Source of the DNA: Patescibacteria group bacterium
GTDB taxonomy: Bacteria; Patescibacteriota; UBA1384; XYA2-FULL-43-10
Direction of reading: 5' to 3'
NCBI GenBank assembly: GCA_041674405.1
Contig: JBAYVT010000005.1
Coordinates: 30,001-62,000, forward strand
DNA length: 32,000 bases
The notes below the pieces were generated by a model that was not told where the DNA came from, did not search any database, and worked only from the letters and a program-made list of their open reading frames with translations. A program made the translations under genes and the position numbers. Shown here piece after piece: positions 23,974-30,662 of the stretch. Numbering within the stretch: the first letter of the stretch is position 1; every line of letters begins with the position of its first letter.

Positions 23974-25155
23974 TTATTTTTCTTTCAAAGATCGCATTAG
24001 TTCTAAATATGCCCAAAGGTTGTGGAGTGTTGCAAGCCGCAGCCCCAGTATTTCGTTTTCACGCAAAAGATGTGAAATATATGCTCTCGAAAATCCGCCA
24101 ATACATGCCAAACAGCCGCAATTTTTGTCAATCGGCATAGGATCGGTACGGAACTTCGAATTCATCAGATTTACCAATGAATAGCTTCCGGAGTCATTAT
24201 TTTTTTGTTTTTCGTTATTAGCTTTGATGTAGACGCTTCCGTGGCGGGCTAATCTTGTTGGTAAGACACAGTCGAACATATCCATGCCCAGCTTTGTTGC
24301 TTTTATAATATCATCCGGCGTTCCCACACCCATGAGATATCTGGGCTTATTTACCGGCAATATCTCCCCCATTAGTTTTACAGTTTTCCACATGTTGCGA
24401 GTTTCATGATCAACTGCTAATCCACCCACAGAATAACCATCGAAACCAAGGGCAATCATTTCTTTGGCACATTGCCTGCGCAGGTCAAGGTCAAGCCCAC
24501 CCTGGACAATGCCAAATAGCGCGGGCTTCGCCCGCTCATTGTTGTATTGTTGTATTGTTGTATTGTTTTCATCAGCAATTTGACAATTTGACAATTTAGC
24601 CATTTGACTATCGAAATATTTTTTCGATCGTCTTGCCCATTCGATTGAAAGGAGCGAAGCCTTCTCGACTTCCTTTGCACTCGCCTTTCCGCTTGGACAC
24701 CAGTCGAGCGGCATCATAATATCCACCCCGAGATCAAGCTGAATCTGGACAACCTTCTCTGGAGTAAAAAAATGTTTCGAACCATCTAAAAAAGAGGTGA
24801 ATTCGACGCCATCATCTTTTATTTTGACGAGTGAATTTCTTCCTTCTCCGCGCTCTCCCAGAGAAAAAACCTGATATCCGCCGGAATCAGTAAGGATCGG
24901 CTTATTCCAACCCATGAACTTGTGAATTCCGCCGAGCTTCTTAATCAGTTTCTCGCCCGGACGCAAATAAAGATGGTAAGTATTGGCAAGTACAATCTGT
25001 GCACCAAGACTTTTAAGCTCTTCCGGTGAAACTCCTTTTACACTGGCTTTCGTGCCAACAGGCATAAAAAAAGGAGTCGAGATCTCGCCATGCGCCGTCT
25101 CAATTTCGCCGACTCTCACACCGCTCTTTAGTTTTTCTTTTAACTTAAATTTCAT
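23974..25155 (-). CDS. tgt: Queuine tRNA-ribosyltransferase
   Basis: MKFKLKEK ... TPFFMPVGT, LANTYHL, TDSGGYQVFSL, LFGIVQGG, GYSVGGLAV, PRYLMGVGTP, DMFDCVLPTR and the Zn site CGCLAC. I prefer the start at Met14 (ATG 25155) by N-terminal alignment to canonical Tgt. The listed ORF begins at TTG 25194. Confidence 0.9.
   Translation of the reverse strand: MKFKLKEKLKSGVRVGEIETAHGEISTPFFMPVGTKASVKGVSPEELKSLGAQIVLANTYHLYLRPGEKLIKKLGGIHKFMGWNKPILTDSGGYQVFSLGERGEGRNSLVKIKDDGVEFTSFLDGSKHFFTPEKVVQIQLDLGVDIMMPLDWCPSGKASAKEVEKASLLSIEWARRSKKYFDSQMAKLSNCQIADENNTTIQQYNNERAKPALFGIVQGGLDLDLRRQCAKEMIALGFDGYSVGGLAVDHETRNMWKTVKLMGEILPVNKPRYLMGVGTPDDIIKATKLGMDMFDCVLPTRLARHGSVYIKANNEKQKNNDSGSYSLVNLMNSKFRTDPMPIDKNCGCLACIGGFSRAYISHLLRENEILGLRLATLHNLWAYLELMRSLKEK
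24538..24567. repeat. Octanucleotide tandem repeat (attgttgt) x3.75 inside the tgt coding sequence
   Basis: Perfect copies at 24538-45, 24546-53 and 24554-61, plus a partial copy at 24562-67. Confidence 0.9.
24576..24598. repeat. Octanucleotide tandem repeat (caatttga) x2.9 inside the tgt coding sequence
   Basis: Perfect copies at 24576-83 and 24584-91, plus a partial copy at 24592-98. It lies 8 nt from the first repeat block. Confidence 0.9.
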
Positions 25156-25289
25156 GCTTTTAGAATCAAATTCAACGATACGATATATTATCAAAATTTA
25201 TCTTGAAGATTGTATCAAAAACGACCCAAACTCTCAAGAGAGCGGGCCGTTTTTGTTTACAATACCTTAGCTATAACTAGATATCGTAA

Positions 25290-25832
25290 TTATTTCAATT
25301 CAACTGTTGCGCCGGCTTCTTCAAGCTTCTTCTTGGCGGCTTCAGCATCTTCTTTTTTCATGCCTTTAGCAAGCTCTTTTGGAGCGCCGTCAACTAAATC
25401 TTTGGCTTCTTTAAGACCAAGATCGGGCTTGATTTCACGCACAGCCTTAATAACTTGGATTTTCTTGTCTCCGGCTGAAGCAAGAATTACGTCGTATTCC
25501 GACTTCTCTTCCGCTGCTTCTGCTGCACCGGCACCACCAGCTGCTACTGCGCCGGCCATTGCGACTGGGGCAGCTGCAGAGACACCAAATCTCTCTTCAA
25601 GCTCTTTGACAAGTTCTGAAAGCTCAAGCACGGAAAGATTCTCAATCTCTTTAATAAGATCTTTAAATTTGCCGGATGGAGCTGGTTTTTCAGCTTTTTC
25701 TTCCGCTTTTGGCTCTTCTTCTTTGGCCTCTTCTTTAGCTTCCTCTTTGACTTCCTCGGCCGGGGCTTCGGTAGTCTCGGTTTCTTGCGTTGCCTCGACG
25801 GCAACTTCTTCTTTTTTCTCTTCGTCTGCCAT
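25290..25832 (-). CDS. rplL: 50S ribosomal protein L7/L12 with a roughly 50-aa acidic N-terminal extension
   Basis: The canonical L12 sequence begins at [30 protein letters not shown] ... and ends at [14 protein letters not shown]. It is preceded by [54 protein letters not shown]. Strong RBS (aggag, then 5 nt, then ATG) at 25832, and no in-frame start near the canonical N-terminus. Confidence 0.9.
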   Translation of the reverse strand: MADEEKKEEVAVEATQETETTEAPAEEVKEEAKEEAKEEEPKAEEKAEKPAPSGKFKDLIKEIENLSVLELSELVKELEERFGVSAAAPVAMAGAVAAGGAGAAEAAEEKSEYDVILASAGDKKIQVIKAVREIKPDLGLKEAKDLVDGAPKELAKGMKKEDAEAAKKKLEEAGATVELK

Positions 25833-25886
25833 GTTAACTCCTATAAAATTTAACTAAGAACTAATAATTAAAAACCGACAACCAAT

Positions 25887-26408
25887 TTAACTTATTTTTT
25901 CTCTGTATTGCGAAAGCACATTTACAAGCCCGCGGATATTGCCGAGAAGGACATTGACCATACCAGAAAGTGGAGCGGCGAGTGAGCCAACCACCTTGGC
26001 ATACAACTCTTCTTTTGAAGGAAGCGATGCCAATTGCTTAATCGCTCTCTCGTCGATGTATTCGTTTTCCAAAATTCCACCCAAAACTTCAATTGCTTCA
26101 TGCTCTTTGGCAAAAAGATCAATTTCTTTAGCGGGAGCAACTTCGTCTTCTGTCGCAAATGCGATTGCTAAGGGCTTATCTAAAAGCTCGGGGGCAACTT
26201 TGATTCCAGTATTCGACAGCGCAATTTTAAAAAGCGTGTTTTTGGTCACATGAAAATGGACTTTTTTCTCTCGAAGCCTGTTTCGAAGCTCTTCGGTTTC
26301 AGTTACTTTAAGCCCTTTGTAGCCGACCAAAACCGCACTTTTCGACTGCTTTAAGTGCTCGGTCAAAGTCTCAATCAATTTTTCTTTGTATTCTCGTGTT
26401 TTTGGCAT
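25887..26408 (-). CDS. rplJ: 50S ribosomal protein L10
   Basis: Start taken at Met16 (ATG 26408, with ggag 5 nt upstream). MPKTREYKEKLIETLTEHLKQSKSAVLVGYKGLKVTETEELRNRLRE is typical of L10. Confidence 0.85.
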   Translation of the reverse strand: MPKTREYKEKLIETLTEHLKQSKSAVLVGYKGLKVTETEELRNRLREKKVHFHVTKNTLFKIALSNTGIKVAPELLDKPLAIAFATEDEVAPAKEIDLFAKEHEAIEVLGGILENEYIDERAIKQLASLPSKEELYAKVVGSLAAPLSGMVNVLLGNIRGLVNVLSQYREKIS

Positions 26409-26545
26409 TGTTGCTCCGATGATATTAAAAATATCTGCGTAAACCGCAGACAAATATCAAACTTAAAAAGTTTGAGGTTATCCTACACAAGATATTTAAT
26501 CTCGCCCCGACAGGACGGAACTTGTGGTCTGCGGATTACCTGTTT
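26409..26545 (-). promoter_or_regulatory. Structured rplJ 5' leader, a candidate L10(L12)4 autoregulatory leader
   Basis: The 137-nt leader has a long-range 8-bp helix, ccgcagac (26444-26451) with gtctgcgg (26527-26534). That helix encloses smaller hairpins such as caaac-N7-gtttg. The assignment rests on position and known r-protein leader biology, not on a model match. Confidence 0.35.
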
Positions 26546-26574
26546 AATTTAGCAAATTTCTCGAAATACGTCAA
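26546..26574 (-). promoter_or_regulatory. Candidate rplJL promoter (TTGACG-17 nt-TAAATT)
   Basis: Minus-strand ttgacg at 26574-26569, immediately after the rplA stop, a 17-nt spacer, taaatt at 26551-26546. Confidence 0.5.
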
Positions 26575-27366
26575 CTATTTTTTCGAAACGGCGAATCGGA
26601 CGCTTGGACCCATTGTGGAGGCAAGATATGCCGAAACAATTTTGCCCTTAGGAAGCGCGGAAAGAATTGCGTCAATGTTTGCTTGAATATCTTCATCTTT
26701 GAATGAAACCCTGCCAACCAAAACATGGACAATATTCGTTTTATCAGCTTTGAATTCCAGTTTTCCACCCTTGAATTCAGCCGCAACTTTTGTGACATCA
26801 TCAGTCACGGTTCCTGTTTTCGGGTTCGGCATCATACCCTTCGGCCCGAGAATTTTAGCTAGTTGCGCCAATTTTGGCATCATAGCCGGGCTTGTAACCA
26901 CTAGATCAAAATCGATTTTTCCAGACTTTACTTTTTCAACAAATTCATCAATATTTTTTTCTGTTACTTCTGCAACATTTTTTTGCTTTGCAGCGCCGCC
27001 CGGCAAATTCACTGTGCCGCGAATGTTTTCTGTTTTTTTATCTATTCGAACATGTAGTTCGATTGAAGAATCAAATTTGGTAGTCGACGTTTCTTTAACC
27101 AATTTAATAGCATCGATTTCTTCGTATGTCTCACTTTTTTCAATCTTTGTTTCAACTTCACGATATTTTTTGCCGTGACGAGGAGCTTTTCGGATATTTT
27201 TAATAACCGCTTCGGCTTTTTTTTCTGCTTTAGCTTCTGCTTTGGCTTCTTCAATTTCCTTCTTGATTTCTCGCTCTCGCTCTTCTGCAGCCTTCAAAAT
27301 CTTTTTTTCGTCAATGATTTCTTCTTCAGTGACTTCGCTTACTTTTTCTTCTTTTTCTTTCGCCAT
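26575..27366 (-). CDS. rplA: 50S ribosomal protein L1 with a roughly 58-aa Lys/Glu-rich N-terminal extension
   Basis: The L1 core starts at HGKKYREVETKI ... and includes IELHVRI, RGTVNLP, DLVVTSPAMMPKLAQLAKILGPKGMMPNPKTGTV. Start taken at ATG 27366 (aaggag, then 4 nt, then ATG). The listed N-terminus from 27459 runs through the promoter region and is rejected. Confidence 0.9.
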   Translation of the reverse strand: MAKEKEEKVSEVTEEEIIDEKKILKAAEEREREIKKEIEEAKAEAKAEKKAEAVIKNIRKAPRHGKKYREVETKIEKSETYEEIDAIKLVKETSTTKFDSSIELHVRIDKKTENIRGTVNLPGGAAKQKNVAEVTEKNIDEFVEKVKSGKIDFDLVVTSPAMMPKLAQLAKILGPKGMMPNPKTGTVTDDVTKVAAEFKGGKLEFKADKTNIVHVLVGRVSFKDEDIQANIDAILSALPKGKIVSAYLASTMGPSVRFAVSKK

Positions 27367-27430
27367 TTTTCTCCTTATGTGGTCAAGCGACCGCCCGAGG
27401 CGGCCTCCCACTAAATTAATTAACACAAAA

Positions 27431-27459
27431 TTTATATCAAAAAAAACAAGAATGTTCAA
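27431..27459 (-). promoter_or_regulatory. Candidate rplA promoter (TTGAAC-17 nt-TATAAA)
   Basis: Minus-strand ttgaac at 27459-27454, a 17-nt spacer, tataaa at 27436-27431. It is followed by a GC hairpin (ggccgcc-tcg-ggcggtc, about 27383-27401) in the leader, which might be an L1-binding element. Confidence 0.45.
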
Positions 27460-27468
27460 CCTTTTTCA

Positions 27469-27497
27469 TTGACTGTATTGAAAAAACATTGTATATT
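27469..27497 (+). promoter_or_regulatory. Near-consensus promoter (TTGACT-17 nt-TATATT) of the second GC-rich mini-cassette, divergent from the rplA promoter
   Basis: ttgact at 27469-27474, a 17-nt spacer, tatatt at 27492-27497. Confidence 0.55.
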
Positions 27498-27540
27498 CTT
27501 CCTACCCCTTGCGATACTCCCAAAGAGAGGAGGTGGCAAC

Positions 27541-27792
27541 ATGTTGGATCAGATGCCGGCAGAAACAAGCGCCGCTGCCAAGCAACTCGATGAGGCAATA
27601 TTGGCAACACTCTCTGCTGAAGCTGGTCTCCCCTATCCAGTGCTGGCCATACTGGATTCTGTTCGACATCGTACCCAGTCAAGGATAGAAGAACATGCCT
27701 TGCTCAGACGACTAGGCCACTTAGTGCAGATGGGCACAATCAAGCAAGACCGGGACCGCCGCTCCGGCTCACCAAGATGGCGAATCCGATAG
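27541..27792 (+). CDS. Small (83 aa) GC-rich foreign-looking protein, with a winged-helix-like DNA-binding fold suspected
   Basis: Start taken at ATG 27541, preceded by agaGGAGGtggcaac. The listed ORF start at 27469 coincides with the promoter. The sequence LDEAILATLSAEAGLPYPVLAILDSV ... IEEHALLRRLGHLVQMGTIKQDRDRRSGSPRWRI has a helix-helix-helix-wing pattern. I recognise no family. Confidence 0.5.
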   Translation: MLDQMPAETSAAAKQLDEAILATLSAEAGLPYPVLAILDSVRHRTQSRIEEHALLRRLGHLVQMGTIKQDRDRRSGSPRWRIR

Positions 27793-27832
27793 GGGGAGGT
27801 GATCGTGTTGCCTCACACGATCAATAGCCGAT

Positions 27833-27868
27833 GACGGCCCGCATCCCCGCGGGCCGTCAAAGCTTTTT
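27833..27868 (+). terminator. Intrinsic terminator (10-bp perfect GC stem) shared by the convergent mini-cassette and pth
   Basis: gacggcccgc (27833-42), loop atcccc, gcgggccgtc (27849-58), then aaagcttttt. The T-run overlaps the pth stop codon. Confidence 0.65.
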
Positions 27869-28490
27869 AATCAGACATTTTAGTACTCAAGGTCGTTGCC
27901 TTTATCGGCTCTTTTGATCCGATAAAATTTAGAATATATTCGTTCGCAATATCTATGGCTGAATCGATAATTTTTTTTTCGCGATCACTAAATTTTGATA
28001 GAACAAAATCCTTTGTATCGATTGGTCCGTCAACTTTTTCGACAACCTGTTCCCCGCCGTTAATTGGCAAAATTCCAATTCTAACACGAATAAAACCGTC
28101 AGACCCAAGCGTATCAATAATGTTTTGAATCCCATTATGTCCGGCACTGCCGCCTTTTAATTTAATTTGGGCATGGCCAACAGGGATATCGATATCATCA
28201 TGATAAACAATAAGCTGGCCTATCCCAGCCTTGTAAAACTGCAGTATTTTATTTACAGCCTCACCCGATAAATTCATAAATGTATTAGGCTTTACAAAGA
28301 TTACTTTTTCGCCTTTTGTGCTGACTTGGCATATTTCAGCGTTAAACTTTTTATCAAAATGAAGTTCATTTTCATTCTCAACGCATAACTCCTTTTCTTT
28401 AAGCAGCGCATCTATGGCAAAAAAACCCGCATTGTGGCGAGTGCCTTCGTACTCTTTGCCATGGTTACCAAGGCCTACAATAATTTTCAT
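27867..28490 (-). CDS. pth: Peptidyl-tRNA hydrolase
   Basis: MKIIVGLGNHGKEYEGTRHNAGF ... KPNTFMNLSGEAV ... VYHDDIDIPVG ... GGSAGHNGIQ. RBS gaggaag. Confidence 0.9.
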   Translation of the reverse strand: MKIIVGLGNHGKEYEGTRHNAGFFAIDALLKEKELCVENENELHFDKKFNAEICQVSTKGEKVIFVKPNTFMNLSGEAVNKILQFYKAGIGQLIVYHDDIDIPVGHAQIKLKGGSAGHNGIQNIIDTLGSDGFIRVRIGILPINGGEQVVEKVDGPIDTKDFVLSKFSDREKKIIDSAIDIANEYILNFIGSKEPIKATTLSTKMSD

Positions 28491-28503
28491 ACTTCCTCAT
28501 ACT

Positions 28504-28809
28504 TTAAAGGCCAGGAATATTCAAACTTCCCGCAATAGCCTTCATCTTTTCAGCAGCATGGGCCTGAGATCGTGAAACAGCCTGTGAAACTGCATTTTTT
28601 AAATCATTCTCCAATGCCCTCTTGTTTTCCGGCTTCAAGGATTCCTCGTCAATATCAATATCGGTTAAATGCTGTTCTCCATTGAACACAACTGTAACCC
28701 AACCATCATTGCTTTTGGCTTCAATCTCGGTATTTTTAAGTTCTTTCTGAATTGCTCTCGCTTTCTTCTGAAGTTCGTACAATTCTTTTGCTTTGGAAAA
28801 ATCTACCAT
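28504..28809 (-). CDS. ybaB: Nucleoid-associated protein, YbaB/EbfC family
   Basis: KELYELQKKARAIQKELKNTEIEAKSNDGWVTVVFNGEQHLTDIDIDEESL ... LENDLKNAVSQA ... IPGL. Start taken at ATG 28809 (aaagga upstream); the listed ORF starts at TTG 28824. Confidence 0.8.
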   Translation of the reverse strand: MVDFSKAKELYELQKKARAIQKELKNTEIEAKSNDGWVTVVFNGEQHLTDIDIDEESLKPENKRALENDLKNAVSQAVSRSQAHAAEKMKAIAGSLNIPGL

Positions 28810-28855
28810 ATAATCCTTTCTCAAATTAGAAGTTTGAATTTGATTTTTTAATGTT

Positions 28856-29530
28856 TTATGCAGAAAACATATTTTTTATTGCGAAGATAAATATACTCAA
28901 AATAAATGCAAGTATCAATAGAGCAAGAACCGTAACCAAAATCGAGATAAGCTCAGGTGTCGCCAGAAACCCTAAAGAAGGCCTAAAATGTGTATAACGG
29001 AAAATAATAAAAACCACAAATAGTATCACCAAAATTGAAACAAGAATATTTCTCATATCCACTACTGATGGTGTCATCGTGACAGCGATAGATAAAATTA
29101 AGTAAAAAGCCACAATTGTTGATATGCTGGTAAAATTGAGGGACTTCATCGAATCAATGAACCAATGAAAGATGCTTTGAGCATTAAATGTGACCTCGCT
29201 GACATTCAGCGTTTTGAAACCAATAAATTTTGACAAAAAATAGATTGCCAAAGCGCCGATCACAAAAGGAGAAAGAGAAATCAATATTGGGCCAATTATT
29301 GGTATTTTGGAGTGGCCATGTTTAACCTCGCCGCCATCAGATTTAAAAAAATTAATTGAGACAACTTTTGCACCAGTTAACAAGCAAAAGAAAGCATGAG
29401 AAAGTTCGTGAAGGATTATTCCTGGAGCAACAAAAATTCGGTAAAAACCGCCAGTAGCGTATGACAACATCATATTAATCCCAAAAGATAGCACAAGAAT
29501 CGATAATATTATGATTGTAAATTGCAGCAC
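28856..29530 (-). CDS. Polytopic membrane protein with an HExxH motif (putative M50-like intramembrane metalloprotease)
   Basis: There are 5-6 predicted TM helices. The motif GIILHELSHAFFCLLTG sits in or at TM2. GTG start preceded by gagggg. Confidence 0.5.
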   Translation of the reverse strand: MLQFTIIILSILVLSFGINMMLSYATGGFYRIFVAPGIILHELSHAFFCLLTGAKVVSINFFKSDGGEVKHGHSKIPIIGPILISLSPFVIGALAIYFLSKFIGFKTLNVSEVTFNAQSIFHWFIDSMKSLNFTSISTIVAFYLILSIAVTMTPSVVDMRNILVSILVILFVVFIIFRYTHFRPSLGFLATPELISILVTVLALLILAFILSIFIFAIKNMFSA

Positions 29531-29546
29531 TTCACCCCTCTTAAAA

Positions 29547-30584
29547 TTAATTATCTACAATACTTTTATCTTTATTGAAATATTTTAATTCAGCTTCGAT
29601 AAATCCATCTAAATTCCCACCTAGGACGGAATCAGGATCTTTTGATTCGTATTCAGTCCGATGATCTTTTACCATTTTGTAGGGATGGAGTATATATGAT
29701 CTAATTTGGCTCCCCCATTCAGGTTCCATGCTTTCACCACGCAGCTCCTCGATTTTTTCTTTGTGTTGAGACTCGAGCATCTTTGCCAGGCGCGCTTTTA
29801 GCACGCTCATTGCATTTTCTTTGTTTTGCAGTTGCGATCTTTCATTTTGGCAAGTAGCCACAATTCCAGTTGAAATATGAGTTATTCGGACAGCCGAATC
29901 AGTAGTATTTACTCCTTGACCACCCTTACCACTGGAACGAAAAGTGTCAATTTTCAGATCGCTTTCTTTTATCTCAAGTTCTTTATTGTTTTCAACTTTG
30001 GGCATCACCTCAACGAGAGAAAAAGAAGTTTGTCGCAGAGCTTTGGCATTAAATGGCGATTGCCTGACAAGCCGATGCACACCGCCTTCACCTTTTAGCT
30101 TTCCGTATACATAAGAGCCATCAATTTCCAATGTTGCGCTTTTTATTCCAGCAATACCACCTCTGGATTCATCGATGATCTTTACATCATACCCATTAGA
30201 CTCCGCCCACCTAATATACATCCGCATGAGCATTTCCGTCCAATCTTGGGCATCGTCTCCTCCAGCTCCGGCATAGAAATTTAGTATAGCTGAGTGGTCA
30301 TCATATTTGCCCGAAAAGAGTGCAAGGAGCTCCAATTTTTCAATTTCAGGAATCAGGGAATTCAGTTCGTTTTCGTCCGCTATTTCAGCCAATTCAGATA
30401 ATTCATCAAATTTTTCGGCCAGCTCTTTAAGATCTTTAAGCTCTCTTGCTTTCTCGTTTGACAAATTCTCGTCTGCCCAAAAAGAAGGAGAGCTCATTTC
30501 TTCTTCGATTTGTTTAATTCTATCCTTTTTTTCTCCGATATGAAGCAAGGTCTCCAAATCGAATAATCGTTTTTTTGCACCCAT
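29547..30584 (-). CDS. prfB: Peptide chain release factor 2, encoded as a single uninterrupted ORF
   Basis: SPF tripeptide (VRQSPFNA), GGQ motif (SGKGGQGVN), and [19 protein letters not shown]. An in-frame TAA lies 9 nt upstream of the ATG. No CTT-TGA frameshift site was found upstream. Confidence 0.9.
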   Translation of the reverse strand: MGAKKRLFDLETLLHIGEKKDRIKQIEEEMSSPSFWADENLSNEKARELKDLKELAEKFDELSELAEIADENELNSLIPEIEKLELLALFSGKYDDHSAILNFYAGAGGDDAQDWTEMLMRMYIRWAESNGYDVKIIDESRGGIAGIKSATLEIDGSYVYGKLKGEGGVHRLVRQSPFNAKALRQTSFSLVEVMPKVENNKELEIKESDLKIDTFRSSGKGGQGVNTTDSAVRITHISTGIVATCQNERSQLQNKENAMSVLKARLAKMLESQHKEKIEELRGESMEPEWGSQIRSYILHPYKMVKDHRTEYESKDPDSVLGGNLDGFIEAELKYFNKDKSIVDN

Positions 30585-30617
30585 AAGTTCATATTACCAG
30601 ATTCTTGTTTTTCCGAG

Positions 30618-30659
30618 AATAAGAAAACCAGCCCATTGTATCGGGCTGGTTTTCTTATT
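30618..30659 (-). terminator. Strong hairpin terminator (17-bp perfect stem) after the LPXTG protein gene, upstream of prfB
   Basis: aataagaaaaccagccc (30618-34), an 8-nt loop, gggctggttttcttatt (30643-59). It is T-rich on both sides and so could work in both directions. Confidence 0.7.
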
Positions 30660-30662
30660 TAT

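Noticed and set aside
24538-24598. Short tandem repeats as a possible CRISPR array or minisatellite
   Set aside because: The units are 8 nt and directly abutting, with no spacers, and they lie inside an intact tgt reading frame. This is not a CRISPR array.
27367-27459. N-terminal extensions of listed ORFs beyond well-supported starts: rplA to 27459, rplJ to 26453, the 189-aa ORF to 13312, the WH ORF from 27469, the 223-aa ORF from 4653, ybaB to 28824 and tgt to 25194
   Set aside because: The extra codons run through promoter or leader sequence, begin at weak or non-ATG codons, and bypass a strong SD placed at the internal start. The internal starts are used instead.
27805-27834. A 9-codon mini-ORF (GTG...TGA, MLPHTINSR) with a GGAGG SD just after the small GC-rich gene
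   Set aside because: It is too short to support and overlaps a hairpin. The SD-like gggggagg may be coincidental in purine-rich sequence.
30585-30662. A programmed +1 frameshift site upstream of prfB
   Set aside because: An in-frame TAA lies 9 nt upstream of the ATG, there is no CTT TGA motif, and the upstream ATG at 30592 is in the wrong register.
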